Assembly (NCBI GenBank): GCA_902568975.1
Contig: CACFSO010000004.1
Location: 5,690-69,689 of the forward strand
Origin: an uncultured Pelagibacteraceae bacterium
GTDB taxonomy: Bacteria; Pseudomonadota; Alphaproteobacteria; Pelagibacterales; Pelagibacteraceae
Reading direction: 5' to 3'
DNA: 64,000 nucleotides
Part shown: positions 50,417-60,793 of the stretch, in pieces
How positions within the stretch are numbered: the first letter of the stretch is position 1
Layout of the letters: the number at the start of each line of letters is the position of its first letter
Translations under genes and position numbers: made by a program
The notes under the pieces: generated by a model
Told to the model about the DNA's origin: nothing
Databases searched by the model: none
What the model saw: only the letters and a program-made list of their open reading frames with translations

Positions 50417-50806
50417 TTATGAGTCTTCACCTTCTTTTACTTTATCTAGTCCTAGCAATTTGCTTTTTCTCATTCTTAGTAAAACAATTGCAATAGAAAT
50501 TAATAGTATCGCTGATGCTTCGTAAATTAAATTAATTGGATCCACTCCTTTTCCTTGTAAAATAATAAATCTAGACAATGCTGTTATTGCAATTAATAAA
50601 GGATAAGTAATCCTTATAGATTTACTCTCCCAAAAAAGTCTGATCATTCCAATGACTTCAATGTAAATAAAAAGTAATAATAAATCAGCTAGATCCACAC
50701 TGCGATTAATGTACATATGATATACTTCTATTAAAAAAGCTAATGCAGTAGCGATTAATATAAAAGCAACTGCAACTAATTGAATTCTTCTTATTACTTG
50801 ATCCAT
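50417..50806 (-). CDS. Phosphate-starvation-inducible PsiE family membrane protein
   Basis: LADLLLLFIY.EV.GM…P..IAITAL.R.IIL. Confidence 0.82.
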   Translation of the reverse strand: MDQVIRRIQLVAVAFILIATALAFLIEVYHMYINRSVDLADLLLLFIYIEVIGMIRLFWESKSIRITYPLLIAITALSRFIILQGKGVDPINLIYEASAILLISIAIVLLRMRKSKLLGLDKVKEGEDS

Positions 50807-50811
50807 AATTG

Positions 50812-50916
50812 TTAAATTGTAAAATTGTTTATATAAAGTTGAGGTTTTGTTAATATTGTCTCAATGCCACTTATCCAATTGTTTTCTGTTTCATTATATG
50901 GGAACATACTTTCCAT
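50812..50916 (-). CDS. Candidate 34-aa small ORF upstream of the PsiE-like gene
   Basis: Translated by hand: MESMFPYNETENNWISGIETILTKPQLYINNFTI*; ends 5 nt before the next ATG. Confidence 0.4.
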   Translation of the reverse strand: MESMFPYNETENNWISGIETILTKPQLYINNFTI

Positions 50917-50951
50917 ATAGTTTGGTTTTATTTTTGATCTACTCACATCTT

Positions 50952-50969
50952 GTCGCACTTTAGTGTGAC
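50952..50969. promoter_or_regulatory. Candidate operator, imperfect palindrome
   Basis: GTCGCACT-TT-AGTGTGAC (7/8 match) in a divergent intergenic region. Confidence 0.4.
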
Positions 50970-50998
50970 TTTAATATCAAAAATAGATAAGATATTTT

Positions 50999-51751
50999 AT
51001 GAAAAAAATTTGGATTACTGGAGCAAGTAGCGGCATAGGAAGAGCTCTAGCTATAAAATTCGCAAAGGAAGGTTGGCAAGTTGCCGCATCTGCTAGAAGA
51101 GAAAGTTTATTGAACGAAATTTCTAAATTAAACGAAAATATAATCCCCTTTCCACTTGATGTAACTGATAGCGAAAAGTGCAAACATGTGTTTGGTTTAA
51201 TAAAGGAAAAATTTGAAAATATTGATATATCGGTGTTTTGTACAGGAATTCATGATCCAAAATCAGAAAAAAAATTAAACTTAGAAAGTATTAAAAAAAT
51301 AATGAATGTTAATTTTTTTGGAACAATAAATTCAATTAACGCTGTTTATGAATATTACAAAAATAAACAATCAGGACATATTTCTATTGTTTCTTCAGTT
51401 GCTGGATACAGGGGGCTTCCTGCTGGAGGAGGTTATTGCGCTTCTAAAGCTGCGTTAACCAATTATGCTGAAAGCCTATATTTCGATATGAGAAGGTTCA
51501 ATGTAAGAGTTTCTGTTATAAGTCCTGGATTTATCAAAACTCCTATGACCGATAAAAATGATTTTCCTATGCCAATGATAGAAACTCCAGAATTTGCTGC
51601 TGATGTAATGTTTAAAGGTTTAACAAAATCAAAAGTTTTTGAAATTCATTTTCCCAAAAAATTTACTTTTATTATGAAAATTTTAAAAGTTATGCCTAAT
51701 TGGCTTTATTTAAAACTTGTAAAAAGGGGAATGCAATTAATTGGACGTTAA
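50999..51751 (+). CDS. Short-chain dehydrogenase/reductase
   Basis: WITGASSGIG, SSVAGYRGLP…YCASK, PGFIKTP.T.KNDFPMP. Confidence 0.92.
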   Translation: MKKIWITGASSGIGRALAIKFAKEGWQVAASARRESLLNEISKLNENIIPFPLDVTDSEKCKHVFGLIKEKFENIDISVFCTGIHDPKSEKKLNLESIKKIMNVNFFGTINSINAVYEYYKNKQSGHISIVSSVAGYRGLPAGGGYCASKAALTNYAESLYFDMRRFNVRVSVISPGFIKTPMTDKNDFPMPMIETPEFAADVMFKGLTKSKVFEIHFPKKFTFIMKILKVMPNWLYLKLVKRGMQLIGR

Positions 51752-52296
51752 TCTTTTAGAAATACTACGGTTAATTCAGCAACCTTAATACCAAATTTTG
51801 TCATTTTGGCTCTGTTAATTGCCACTCTTTTATCTTGCATAAAAATCCAATCATCAAAAGTAATTTTTATTTCACGTCCTTTAACAGGAACCAACAAAAC
51901 ATATTCAAACTTAAAAGCAGGTCCATAAGAATATCCTTTAGCTGTACCTACTACATCTCCAGCAGTTCCTTCATAATTATGATCATCTATTTTTTTAATT
52001 TTCCATTGTCGTGTTTGCACCTCACCATTATTCCAGTTAAATTTTTCATCTAATATAAATTTTTTTCCATCCCATTTACCATTCAAATTTGCAGAAAATT
52101 GTCTTGTAACTTTTCCAGATCTATTTTGCAAAATTCCCCAAGCTTTTACATTACCAGACAAATACTCTTCGATAATTAATCTCGGTTTTTGATCTTTAAA
52201 ATCTTCTGGTTTCATTTTATTTCCATTCGGATAAATTTTAATTGTTACTAAAAAAACAAATAATATTATTGAAATAAAAAAAATATTTTTTTTCAT
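51748..52296 (-). CDS. DUF3833 family protein
   Basis: G.V.AWG..Q.R.G.V.R.F, G.A.DV.G.A.G, FDDW…NRA.M.KFG. Confidence 0.88.
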   Translation of the reverse strand: MKKNIFFISIILFVFLVTIKIYPNGNKMKPEDFKDQKPRLIIEEYLSGNVKAWGILQNRSGKVTRQFSANLNGKWDGKKFILDEKFNWNNGEVQTRQWKIKKIDDHNYEGTAGDVVGTAKGYSYGPAFKFEYVLLVPVKGREIKITFDDWIFMQDKRVAINRAKMTKFGIKVAELTVVFLKD

Positions 52297-52309
52297 TACA
52301 ATAATATTT

Positions 52310-53485
52310 TTACCTATTTTGCAAAGAAAATTGAATTAAATCAATATTCTTTGATTTAAATCCAGCTTCACAATAGGATAAATAAAAATTCCACATTCTT
52401 TTAAAGGTTAAATCAAACCCTTGCTTAGAAATTTCTTCCCATTTTTTATAAAATTCATTTCTCCAAATTTTTAATGTATTTGAATAATGTGAACCATAAG
52501 AATTATATTGTTCAATATCCAAGCCATTGTCTTGGGCATGTTTATACAAACTTTTTTTGCATGGTAAAAATCCACCTGGAAAAATATATTTTTGAATAAA
52601 ATCTTCTCTGCTTTTATATCTATCAAAAAGTTTATCATCAATAGTTATAGATTGGATAGCTGCAGTTCCATCCTTATCCAAATTTTTTTTAATAGTTTGA
52701 AAATAATTTTTTAAATAATTTTTTCCGACCGCTTCGATCATTTCAATCGATGCAATTGAACTATATTTATTTTTTATATCTCTATAATCTTTAAATTGAA
52801 TGTTAACTTTTTCATTAAGTTTATTTTTATAAATTCTTGCTTTTGCATATTCAAATTGTTTTCTAGAAATCGTTATACAGTCCAATTTTACATCAAGGTT
52901 TTTACCTACATATTCAGCAAAACCACCCCACCCACAGCCAATTTCTAAAACTTTATCACCAGATTTTGGCTCTAGTAAATTAATCAACTTTTTATATTTA
53001 TTTATTTGAGCTCCTTCTAGATCATTTTTTCCATCTTCAAATATTGCACTCGAATAAGTTAATGTTTTATCTAACCACAAAGAAAAAAATTCATTTCCTA
53101 GATCATAATGTTTTGAAATATTTTCTTTGCTTTTTCTTCTTGTATTTTTAATAAAGAAATTTTTTAAAAAATTAATATGTGGAAAAGATAATAAACCAGA
53201 AAATTTATAAATGATTTCAATATTTTTTGCTGTTAGTTCAATTAAATCAGAAAGATTTTTTGTTTCAAAATCACCTCTCATATAAGATTCTGCTAACCCA
53301 ACACTTCCTTTCTGAATAATATTGAAAGTAAAGTTAGGCTTATTGATTTTTAAATCTGCAATTAAGTTACTATTTTTATCTCCAAAAAAATATTTTTTAC
53401 CTTTTTGATCCATTAAATTTAGTTGTCCGTATTTAATAAATTTCAATGCACTAAAAACTAAATTATCAGATAATCTATAAATCAT
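52310..53485 (-). CDS. Cyclopropane-fatty-acyl-phospholipid synthase family methyltransferase (UfaM-like)
   Basis: NIS.HYDLGN.FF..WLD…YSSA, LEIGCGWG, SIEMIEAVG, FIQKYIFPGG, YL.YCEAGF. Confidence 0.92.
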   Translation of the reverse strand: MIYRLSDNLVFSALKFIKYGQLNLMDQKGKKYFFGDKNSNLIADLKINKPNFTFNIIQKGSVGLAESYMRGDFETKNLSDLIELTAKNIEIIYKFSGLLSFPHINFLKNFFIKNTRRKSKENISKHYDLGNEFFSLWLDKTLTYSSAIFEDGKNDLEGAQINKYKKLINLLEPKSGDKVLEIGCGWGGFAEYVGKNLDVKLDCITISRKQFEYAKARIYKNKLNEKVNIQFKDYRDIKNKYSSIASIEMIEAVGKNYLKNYFQTIKKNLDKDGTAAIQSITIDDKLFDRYKSREDFIQKYIFPGGFLPCKKSLYKHAQDNGLDIEQYNSYGSHYSNTLKIWRNEFYKKWEEISKQGFDLTFKRMWNFYLSYCEAGFKSKNIDLIQFSLQNR

Positions 53486-53487
53486 TA

Positions 53488-54252
53488 TTATATTTCAAAT
53501 GTTATATTATTTTTAATCTTTAACTTTTTTTTTACTAATTTAATTCCTTTTAGCCAAAGTTTGAATGCCTCAAAATGTATCGCTGATATAACTTTAATAG
53601 TCATTAAAGGATGGGAAATATAAGAAAAAATTAAATTTTTGCTGTTTAGTCTTTCTCTAACTCCATCTTGTGATGCATAAAGCAGCTTTCCAGTTTTATC
53701 ATTTTGATTAATTATTACTGATAAATTTCCATTAGGATTACTTATCTTAAAATAGTATTCACAATCCATTTCTATAAAAGGAGAAACGTGAAATTTTTTT
53801 TTACAACTGTTTTCTATTAATTTTTTATTTTTATCTGTTTTAAAAAAATATGTATGTTGTTCACCAAAAGTATTTTTGACTTCATATATTATAGAAATTA
53901 AATCATCGTTTCTATTATATATAAAAAAAACACTTAAAGGATTAAAAACATATCCTAAAATTCTAGGATAACATAAAAGTTTTATAGTTATACTATCTAT
54001 TTCAACTCCAATTTTAAGTAAATTTTTTTTAATCCAGGCCTCTAGCGTTGTGCCATCTCTTGGTCCATGATCAATGTCGTAAAAACTAATTAAATTAAAT
54101 TTATTGTATGAAAAAAATTTAATATTATTATTAATCTCTTTTAACTCTGATAGATCTAGCAATAATGAAAATACTCTATATTTAAAAAAATGGACTTTTG
54201 GCTTAAAACGTTTGTGAATAACTTTACCATTATAGATACAAGAATTAATCAT
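53488..54252 (-). CDS. DUF1365 family protein (UfaO-like)
   Basis: H.R..P..H.F.Y, PR.LGYVFNP.S, EV.NTFGE.H.Y, K.FHVSPF, IH.EA.KLW.KG. Confidence 0.9.
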   Translation of the reverse strand: MINSCIYNGKVIHKRFKPKVHFFKYRVFSLLLDLSELKEINNNIKFFSYNKFNLISFYDIDHGPRDGTTLEAWIKKNLLKIGVEIDSITIKLLCYPRILGYVFNPLSVFFIYNRNDDLISIIYEVKNTFGEQHTYFFKTDKNKKLIENSCKKKFHVSPFIEMDCEYYFKISNPNGNLSVIINQNDKTGKLLYASQDGVRERLNSKNLIFSYISHPLMTIKVISAIHFEAFKLWLKGIKLVKKKLKIKNNITFEI

Positions 54253-55495
54253 TTTTTAAACTTTTTATCATTTCAATAGCTGATTTTATTCCATCCTCGT
54301 GAAAACCATAGCCAAAATAACTACCACAAAATAAAATATTTTCTTTATTTTGTAATGTATTTAAGTGATTTTGATTTAATAAAGCTTCTTTAGTGTAACA
54401 TGGGTGTGTAAAATAGATTTTTTGAAAAATTTTATTTTCAGGAATTTTAAAATAAGGATTCAAAGTTAAAAATATATTTTTATCAATTTTTAAATTCTGA
54501 AGCAAATTAAGCCAATAAGATATAGAGTTATTCTCAATATTTTTACAATCCATTGAAGAATTCCAAGAAGACCATGCCTTTTTATTTATTGGCATACATT
54601 TTTCATCAGAATGTATAACAGCTAAATTTTTTCTATACTTGAAATTTGATAATATTTTTATTTCTTCATCCAATGGATTTTCAATCAAAGAAAGGGCTTC
54701 ATCAGAATGAGTGGCTAATACTACTTTATCATAATCAAAATATTCATTTTTTTCTCCATAATAAATTCTTACTCCATTGGCTACTCTTTTTACATTGTTG
54801 ATTGAGTAATTTTTATAATATTCACCACTTATTGTTTGCAAAATTTTATTAACATAACTTTTGCTTCTATTGGCTACTGTGTACCACTGAGGTCTATTTT
54901 TTATTTTAAATAATCCATGATTTTGAAAAAATTTTAAAAAAAAACTAAATGGTATTTGTTGAGCATCATATTTCGACATTGACCAGATAGCAGATACCAT
55001 AGGTAAAATATGATAGTTGATAAAGTATGTTGACATCTTGTTTTTTGATAAGTATTCGCCAAGAGTTATATCTTCTTTAAAATTTTCCAATTTTGAACTT
55101 TTCTTGTAAAATTCTAAAATATCAAAAAACATTTGCAAAAATTTTGGGTTTAATAAATTAGATTTATTTGAAAAAATTCCATCAAATCCCTTGCCACAAT
55201 ATTCAATATTTGATCCTTTAACTGAAACAGAAAAAGACATATTGCTTTTTTCTATATTAATATTATTTTCTTCAAAAAAATTTATTAGGTTTGGATAAGT
55301 TAAGTAGTTAAAAACAATAAATCCTATATCTACAAAGATTTTTTTTTTTTTCAATTTATCATATTCAATTTCAATTGTATGTGAATGTCCCCCAAAATGG
55401 TCTTCTTTTTCAAAAAGATCTATGGTGTGTTTTTTTGATAAATAATATGAAGCGCTAAGCCCAGATATTCCAGATCCTACAACAGCAATTTTCAT
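54245..55495 (-). CDS. FAD-dependent oxidoreductase (UfaD-like)
   Basis: IAVVGSGISGL, GGHSHT, D.GFIVFN..TYPN, WSSWN, YWLN.LQ, YGFHEDG. Confidence 0.88.
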   Translation of the reverse strand: MKIAVVGSGISGLSASYYLSKKHTIDLFEKEDHFGGHSHTIEIEYDKLKKKKIFVDIGFIVFNYLTYPNLINFFEENNINIEKSNMSFSVSVKGSNIEYCGKGFDGIFSNKSNLLNPKFLQMFFDILEFYKKSSKLENFKEDITLGEYLSKNKMSTYFINYHILPMVSAIWSMSKYDAQQIPFSFFLKFFQNHGLFKIKNRPQWYTVANRSKSYVNKILQTISGEYYKNYSINNVKRVANGVRIYYGEKNEYFDYDKVVLATHSDEALSLIENPLDEEIKILSNFKYRKNLAVIHSDEKCMPINKKAWSSWNSSMDCKNIENNSISYWLNLLQNLKIDKNIFLTLNPYFKIPENKIFQKIYFTHPCYTKEALLNQNHLNTLQNKENILFCGSYFGYGFHEDGIKSAIEMIKSLKND

Positions 55496-55568
55496 TATTT
55501 TAGAGAATTACTTTTATACTTTTAAGAGAACTTGACCACTTTTTTAAATTTACAACTGGTTGTATTTT

Positions 55569-56429
55569 TTAATCTTTTTGTAACAATCTATAAAATTGCA
55601 AAAAAACTGCTAAAATTATTATTGAACCACCAATTAATACTTGTATGGGTGGATTTTCATCAACGAATAACCATGCCCAAAAAGGTCCGAGCACTGCCTC
55701 TGTTAACATTATTATTCCTACAGTTGCTGATGTTGTTTTTGCCGCACCTATAGTAATTAAAATAAATCCAAATCCTACTTGGAAAACACCCGCTAGAAAA
55801 CTTAGGAATAAATCATGTGTAGAAATATTAATTTTTGATGAAGCAAAATAACCAATAAACATAGCAATAATTCCAGCCACCAACTGTAAAGGAACCATGT
55901 CAACATTTGGATATTTTCTTACAATTAAAATTAAAACTGCAAAAGATATTGGCATTATAAAAGCAACTAAATTACCAGACATTTGTCCAGGAGTGACTGA
56001 ATTGCCAAGTAGTAAAATAACTCCTACAATCGATAAAATAATTGATGCTAAAGTAATTTTAGATATTTTTTCCTTGAGAAATACATATCCAAATAGAGCT
56101 AAAAAAATAACTTGCATTTGAATAATGAAATTTGTGTTAGCTACTGTAGTGTTATACATAGCAAATACATAACTACTAAACCCAAATCCGAGAACAAATC
56201 CACCTATTATTCCTGGTATTCCTGAATAGTATATGATTTTAAATACTTGTTTTTTATAAGTTGCCAATAAAAAAAAGCTAACAATAATTATAAAAAAAAA
56301 CTGCCTCCAAAACAAGATTTGCCAAAGAGTAGCTCCTTCAAAAGACTTAACAATTAAACCTCCAAAGCTTAAACAACAAGCTCCAAAAAAAATTAATAAA
56401 GGACCTGGTAATTTTAAAATAAAGTTCAT
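55569..56429 (-). CDS. DMT/EamA family transporter
   Basis: About 10 TM segments; E.VLGP.W.WLF..E.P. Confidence 0.87.
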   Translation of the reverse strand: MNFILKLPGPLLIFFGACCLSFGGLIVKSFEGATLWQILFWRQFFFIIIVSFFLLATYKKQVFKIIYYSGIPGIIGGFVLGFGFSSYVFAMYNTTVANTNFIIQMQVIFLALFGYVFLKEKISKITLASIILSIVGVILLLGNSVTPGQMSGNLVAFIMPISFAVLILIVRKYPNVDMVPLQLVAGIIAMFIGYFASSKINISTHDLFLSFLAGVFQVGFGFILITIGAAKTTSATVGIIMLTEAVLGPFWAWLFVDENPPIQVLIGGSIIILAVFLQFYRLLQKD

Positions 56430-57376
56430 TTTATTTGATTCAAAAGATTTTGAGTTTCCATATTATAGAAGCCATACAATTTCTCTGCATCAGCAAGTGA
56501 TACAGATTTAAATTTTATTTTTGATCCAGGAGTAAGTTGCACAAGTTTATCATAATCTGCACTTATGACTACTCCAATTTTTGGATATCCACCAATTGTT
56601 CCATGATCAGACAACATTATTATGGGGTTGCCATCAGCAGGAACTTGTATTACACCCTTGATTAAACCTTCTGACTTTATATTAGTATTAATAATATTTT
56701 CAAGTTTGGTTCCTTCAAGTCTCATTCCCATTCTGTCAGTAAGTTTTGAAACAATAAATTTTTCACTTGAAAATATTTTTTTTGCATTTTTTGAAAAATA
56801 ATCAAAATTAGTACCTTCTATAAATCTTATGTACTCAATTTTTGAATTTAAATAATTTAATTTTTTTTTATTAAAATGAGAATTTTGATTTTTCAAATAA
56901 ATTTTTTGATTCTTTAAAAATTTTTCTCCTTCGTTAGGTCCAATTTTAGCTCTCGTATTTATTGAAGAACTCCCCCAAAAAGACTCTACATCAAAACTAT
57001 CTTTAACAGAAAAATAACCATAAACTGATTTATTTGTTGATAAAATATCAATTTGATCTCCACTTTCTATTTCGTATGATTGGTAGCATTCACCTTGAAA
57101 TATTTTTGAAGATTTTCTTATAATATTAAAATTTACATCACCAGTAATAGCTATAGAGGTTTTGCCACCCGTTAATTTAAGCAGTGGACCCTGGTATGCA
57201 AATTCTATAGATGTCAAATCAAATTTATTTCCAACTAGAGCATTTGATATTAGAAAGTTTCTTTTATCCATTGCTCCACTAAAAGGAATACCAATATAAT
57301 ATAAATTATTTCTTCCTGTATCTTGAAAAGTTGTATTTATACCAGGTCTAATTATTTCGAAATATGATTTACTCAT
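56426..57376 (-). CDS. pxpC: 5-oxoprolinase subunit C (allophanate hydrolase subunit 2 family)
   Basis: T.QD.GR…G.P.SGAMD, DRMGMRL, G.IQVP.DG.PII…D..T.GGYPKI. Confidence 0.9.
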   Translation of the reverse strand: MSKSYFEIIRPGINTTFQDTGRNNLYYIGIPFSGAMDKRNFLISNALVGNKFDLTSIEFAYQGPLLKLTGGKTSIAITGDVNFNIIRKSSKIFQGECYQSYEIESGDQIDILSTNKSVYGYFSVKDSFDVESFWGSSSINTRAKIGPNEGEKFLKNQKIYLKNQNSHFNKKKLNYLNSKIEYIRFIEGTNFDYFSKNAKKIFSSEKFIVSKLTDRMGMRLEGTKLENIINTNIKSEGLIKGVIQVPADGNPIIMLSDHGTIGGYPKIGVVISADYDKLVQLTPGSKIKFKSVSLADAEKLYGFYNMETQNLLNQIK

Positions 57377-58043
57377 TCCAGTTTAAATATTCTTTTTTTG
57401 TAATTTTATAAAACTTAACGATATCACCAGCATTTACTAAAGCTGGTTTTTCAAGATTGAATTTATTAAATACATTAATAGGAGTATTTCCAATTATATT
57501 CCACCCTCCAGGGCTTTCGAAGGTATAAATATTGCAAAACTGCTCGGTTAATCCTATTGAACCTTTTGGAACTTTTACTCTCGGAGTTTCCAATCTTTTA
57601 AACCTTATTTTTGGATCAATATCTCCAAGAAATGGCATGCCGGCTATAAATCCTGTCATATAACAAAAATAATCCTTACTGAAATATAGATTTAAAATTT
57701 CATCAAATGAAATATTAAGTTTAGCTGACAGTCTTTCTGAGTCTAAAGCGAATTCTATGTCACAACAAACAGGAATTTTGATAATTTTTTCATTTTTTTT
57801 TTCAAATCCTTCTATTTTGATAGTCTCTATTTTTTCTTTTAATTCTTTATAATTCGTAATTGATAAATCAAAAACTATAATAAGTTTATTATAAGATGGG
57901 ACTATATTAATAATTCCGCTTATTTTTTTTTTCTGTAAAATTTTAAAAAAATTTATAACCTTGGAGTTTATATCTATGTTTACTTCATCCCCAAAATCAC
58001 AATACAAAGCTGAATCGCCAAGATTTAATATATTTTTTATCAT
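57369..58043 (-). CDS. pxpB: 5-oxoprolinase subunit B (allophanate hydrolase subunit 1 family)
   Basis: GDSAL, VPSY, GF..G.P.LG, R..TPR..VP.GSIG, SPGGWNIIG.TP. Confidence 0.9.
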   Translation of the reverse strand: MIKNILNLGDSALYCDFGDEVNIDINSKVINFFKILQKKKISGIINIVPSYNKLIIVFDLSITNYKELKEKIETIKIEGFEKKNEKIIKIPVCCDIEFALDSERLSAKLNISFDEILNLYFSKDYFCYMTGFIAGMPFLGDIDPKIRFKRLETPRVKVPKGSIGLTEQFCNIYTFESPGGWNIIGNTPINVFNKFNLEKPALVNAGDIVKFYKITKKEYLNWNE

Positions 58044-58070
58044 GACGTGTTATACTTAACTTTTAATAAT
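58044..58070. promoter_or_regulatory. Candidate compact bidirectional promoter
   Basis: Plus strand TGT-TATACT (58048-58056); minus strand TATAAC 5 nt before the pxpB ATG; only 27 bp between the divergent starts. Confidence 0.45.
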
Positions 58071-58853
58071 ATGGAAATTAATATCAATTGCGATTTAGGA
58101 GAAAAGTCAAAGCATCATTCCAATGTAAATGATACTGATTTACTAAAAATTGTGAATTCTGCAAATGTGGCATGTGGTTATCATGCGGGTGATGAAGAAA
58201 CAATGAAACAAATAGTGGAAATTTCAAAAAATAATGGGGTCAGTATTGGCGCACATCCCTCTTTTAATGACCCAGAAAATTTTGGGAGAAAAAGATTATA
58301 TTTAAATTCATCAGAAATTAAAAAATTAATAGTTGATCAATATGAAATTCTGCAAAAAATTGCATCAATTCATGGAGAAAGTGTTACACATATTAAGCCA
58401 CATGGTGCTTTAAATAATATGGCTTGTGAAGATTTAGAATTAGCCACTACATTAGCTAAAGCTATAAATGAAATTAGCAAAGATTTAATTTATTTAGTTC
58501 CCACTGGTTCTAAAATGGAATTTGCTGCAAAAAAATTAGATATGAACATCGCTTGTGAAATATTTGCAGATAGAAATTATGAAGATGATGGAAATTTGGT
58601 ATCTAGAAAAAAACATAATGCATTAATAACTGACCCAGAAATTGCAAAAAAACATGTTTTAACCATGGTAAAAAATCAAAAAATAAATTGCTTTTCTGGA
58701 AAACAAATACCTTGTGAAATTGACTCAGTTTGTATTCATGGAGATAATAAAAGTTCTTTAGCTACCGCTATATCAATTAAAAATAATTTAGTTGAAAATG
58801 GACTTTCTTTAAAACCATTAAATAAACTGAAAAAATTTCATATAACTAATTAA
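58071..58853 (+). CDS. pxpA: 5-oxoprolinase subunit A (LamB/YcsF family)
   Basis: INCDLGE, SANVACG.HAGD, GAHPS..D..NFGR, H.KPHGAL.N, E.FADR.Y, C.HGD; start placed at ATG 58071. Confidence 0.93.
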   Translation: MEININCDLGEKSKHHSNVNDTDLLKIVNSANVACGYHAGDEETMKQIVEISKNNGVSIGAHPSFNDPENFGRKRLYLNSSEIKKLIVDQYEILQKIASIHGESVTHIKPHGALNNMACEDLELATTLAKAINEISKDLIYLVPTGSKMEFAAKKLDMNIACEIFADRNYEDDGNLVSRKKHNALITDPEIAKKHVLTMVKNQKINCFSGKQIPCEIDSVCIHGDNKSSLATAISIKNNLVENGLSLKPLNKLKKFHITN

Positions 58854-58889
58854 ATTGTTTATAGCTTAATTTTAAATTATAATTAATTT

Positions 58890-59792
58890 ATGCCAAAAAA
58901 TTACCCTAGAAATATGATCGGATATGGTGTTAAAGATAAAAAAATCTCTTGGCCAAATAATGCACGATTAGCTCTACAAATTGTTCTTAATTACGAAGAA
59001 GGTGCTGAAAACAATTTGCTACATGGGGATAAACATTCTGAAATATTTTTGTCCGAAATAATTGGAGCAAAAGCAATTAAAGGAAGAAATATTAATATGG
59101 AATCCATTTACGAATATGGTTCAAGAAGAGGTTTTTGGAGACTTCATAGATTATTTCAAGAAAAAAAAATACCTATAACAATTTTCGGAGTTGCAATGGC
59201 CTTGGAAAGAAATTCAGAAGTATGTGAAGCAATAAAGAGCGGAAACTATGAAGTTGCATGTCATGGGTGGAGATGGATTGATTATCAAAATGTAAAAAAA
59301 AGTATTGAAAAAAAACATATGAAATTAGCTATTAAAACTATAAAAAAAATTTTTGGTAAAAGGCCTTTGGGTTGGTATACAGGAAGATGTAGTCCAAATA
59401 CTAAAGACCTAGTTTTTGATGATGGTGGATTTTTATATAACAGTGACTCCTACAGTGATGATTTGCCATACTGGGAATATAAAAAAAATAAAAAACAATT
59501 AATTATTCCTTATACTTTAGATAACAACGATATGAGGTTTGCTACAAGTCAAGGCTTTAACAGTGGAGATCAATTTTATACATATTTAAAAGATAGTTTT
59601 GACGCTCTATATGAAGAGGGCAAAACTAATCCAAAAATGATGTCTGTAGGACTACATTGTAGATTAATCGGAAGACCAGGAAGAATACAGTCACTTAAAA
59701 AATTCTTAGATTATGTTCTAAAGTTTAATGATGTATGGATTTGTAAAAGGATAGATATTGCAAAACACTGGATTAAAAATTATCCGAGTTAA
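58890..59792 (+). CDS. puuE: Allantoinase PuuE (polysaccharide deacetylase fold)
   Basis: YPR…GYG, WP..AR.A.Q.VLNYEEG.E, ESIYEYGSR.G.WR, HGWRWI.Y, GWYTGR.SPNT, PYTLD.NDM.F, GLHCRL.GRPGR. Confidence 0.93.
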   Translation: MPKNYPRNMIGYGVKDKKISWPNNARLALQIVLNYEEGAENNLLHGDKHSEIFLSEIIGAKAIKGRNINMESIYEYGSRRGFWRLHRLFQEKKIPITIFGVAMALERNSEVCEAIKSGNYEVACHGWRWIDYQNVKKSIEKKHMKLAIKTIKKIFGKRPLGWYTGRCSPNTKDLVFDDGGFLYNSDSYSDDLPYWEYKKNKKQLIIPYTLDNNDMRFATSQGFNSGDQFYTYLKDSFDALYEEGKTNPKMMSVGLHCRLIGRPGRIQSLKKFLDYVLKFNDVWICKRIDIAKHWIKNYPS

Positions 59793-59800
59793 CAAAAAAA

Positions 59801-60793
59801 ATGAAAAAAAATAATATTATTTATTTAAATGGATTAATTGATTTAGCTCAGTCAAGACTGGGTTCTAAAATTGTTTATAAAACTGATGAATTTTTTGCAT
59901 CTGCTAAAAGAATAATTAACCCTTGGCCTCCTGTGTTTAAAGAAGGAGTATTTGATAAACATGGTAAGTGGATGGATGGATGGGAAACAAGAAGAAAAAG
60001 AACAAAAGGATATGATTATCTAATTTTAAAATTTGGAAAACCAGGTGTTATAAAAAAAGTAGATGTTGATACATCTTACTTTTCTGGAAATCATCCTGAT
60101 CAAATTTCTTTACAAGCATGTATTAGTAAAAACAAAATACCTGATAAAAAAACTAAATGGATAACAATTATTAAGAAAAGTAGAACTAAAGCAAATAGCC
60201 ATCATTTCTTTAAAGTAAAAAATAAAAATCATTTTACTCATATAAAATTAAATATTTTTCCTGATGGAGGAGTAGCAAGATTAAGAGTTTATGGTTCTAT
60301 GAAAAATAGTAATAAAATTAATAATAAAATTCATAATTTGACATCTATTGTAAATGGAGCAGTACCAATAGCATGTAATAACGAACATTTTGGAAGAGCA
60401 GAAAATATACTTGCTCCAGGAATTGGAAAAAATATGGGTGATGGATGGGAAACTAGAAGAAGTAGAGGAAAAAATTTTGATTGGATAATAATAAAATGCT
60501 CATCACCAGGTAAAATTAATAAAATTCAATTAGACACTCATCATTTTAAAGGAAATTATCCAGATAAGTGCTCTGTGCAAGCAGCTTATATTCCCAATAA
60601 AATTTCAGAAAAAAATATTGTTAATAAATCAAGAAAATGGGCTTATCTTCTTAACAAGATTAAACTTTATGCACATAAAAAACATAACTTTAATAATAAA
60701 ATAATGAAAAATAAAAAAATAAACTATATTAGAATAAATATTTTCCCAGACGGCGGAATTTCAAGAATAAGAGCATTTGGAAAAATAGAATGA
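59801..60793 (+). CDS. alc: Allantoicase
   Basis: Duplicated domain: GKWMDGWETRR.R and MGDGWETRRSR; DT..F.GN.P; IFPDGG..R.R. Confidence 0.95.
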   Translation: MKKNNIIYLNGLIDLAQSRLGSKIVYKTDEFFASAKRIINPWPPVFKEGVFDKHGKWMDGWETRRKRTKGYDYLILKFGKPGVIKKVDVDTSYFSGNHPDQISLQACISKNKIPDKKTKWITIIKKSRTKANSHHFFKVKNKNHFTHIKLNIFPDGGVARLRVYGSMKNSNKINNKIHNLTSIVNGAVPIACNNEHFGRAENILAPGIGKNMGDGWETRRSRGKNFDWIIIKCSSPGKINKIQLDTHHFKGNYPDKCSVQAAYIPNKISEKNIVNKSRKWAYLLNKIKLYAHKKHNFNNKIMKNKKINYIRINIFPDGGISRIRAFGKIE

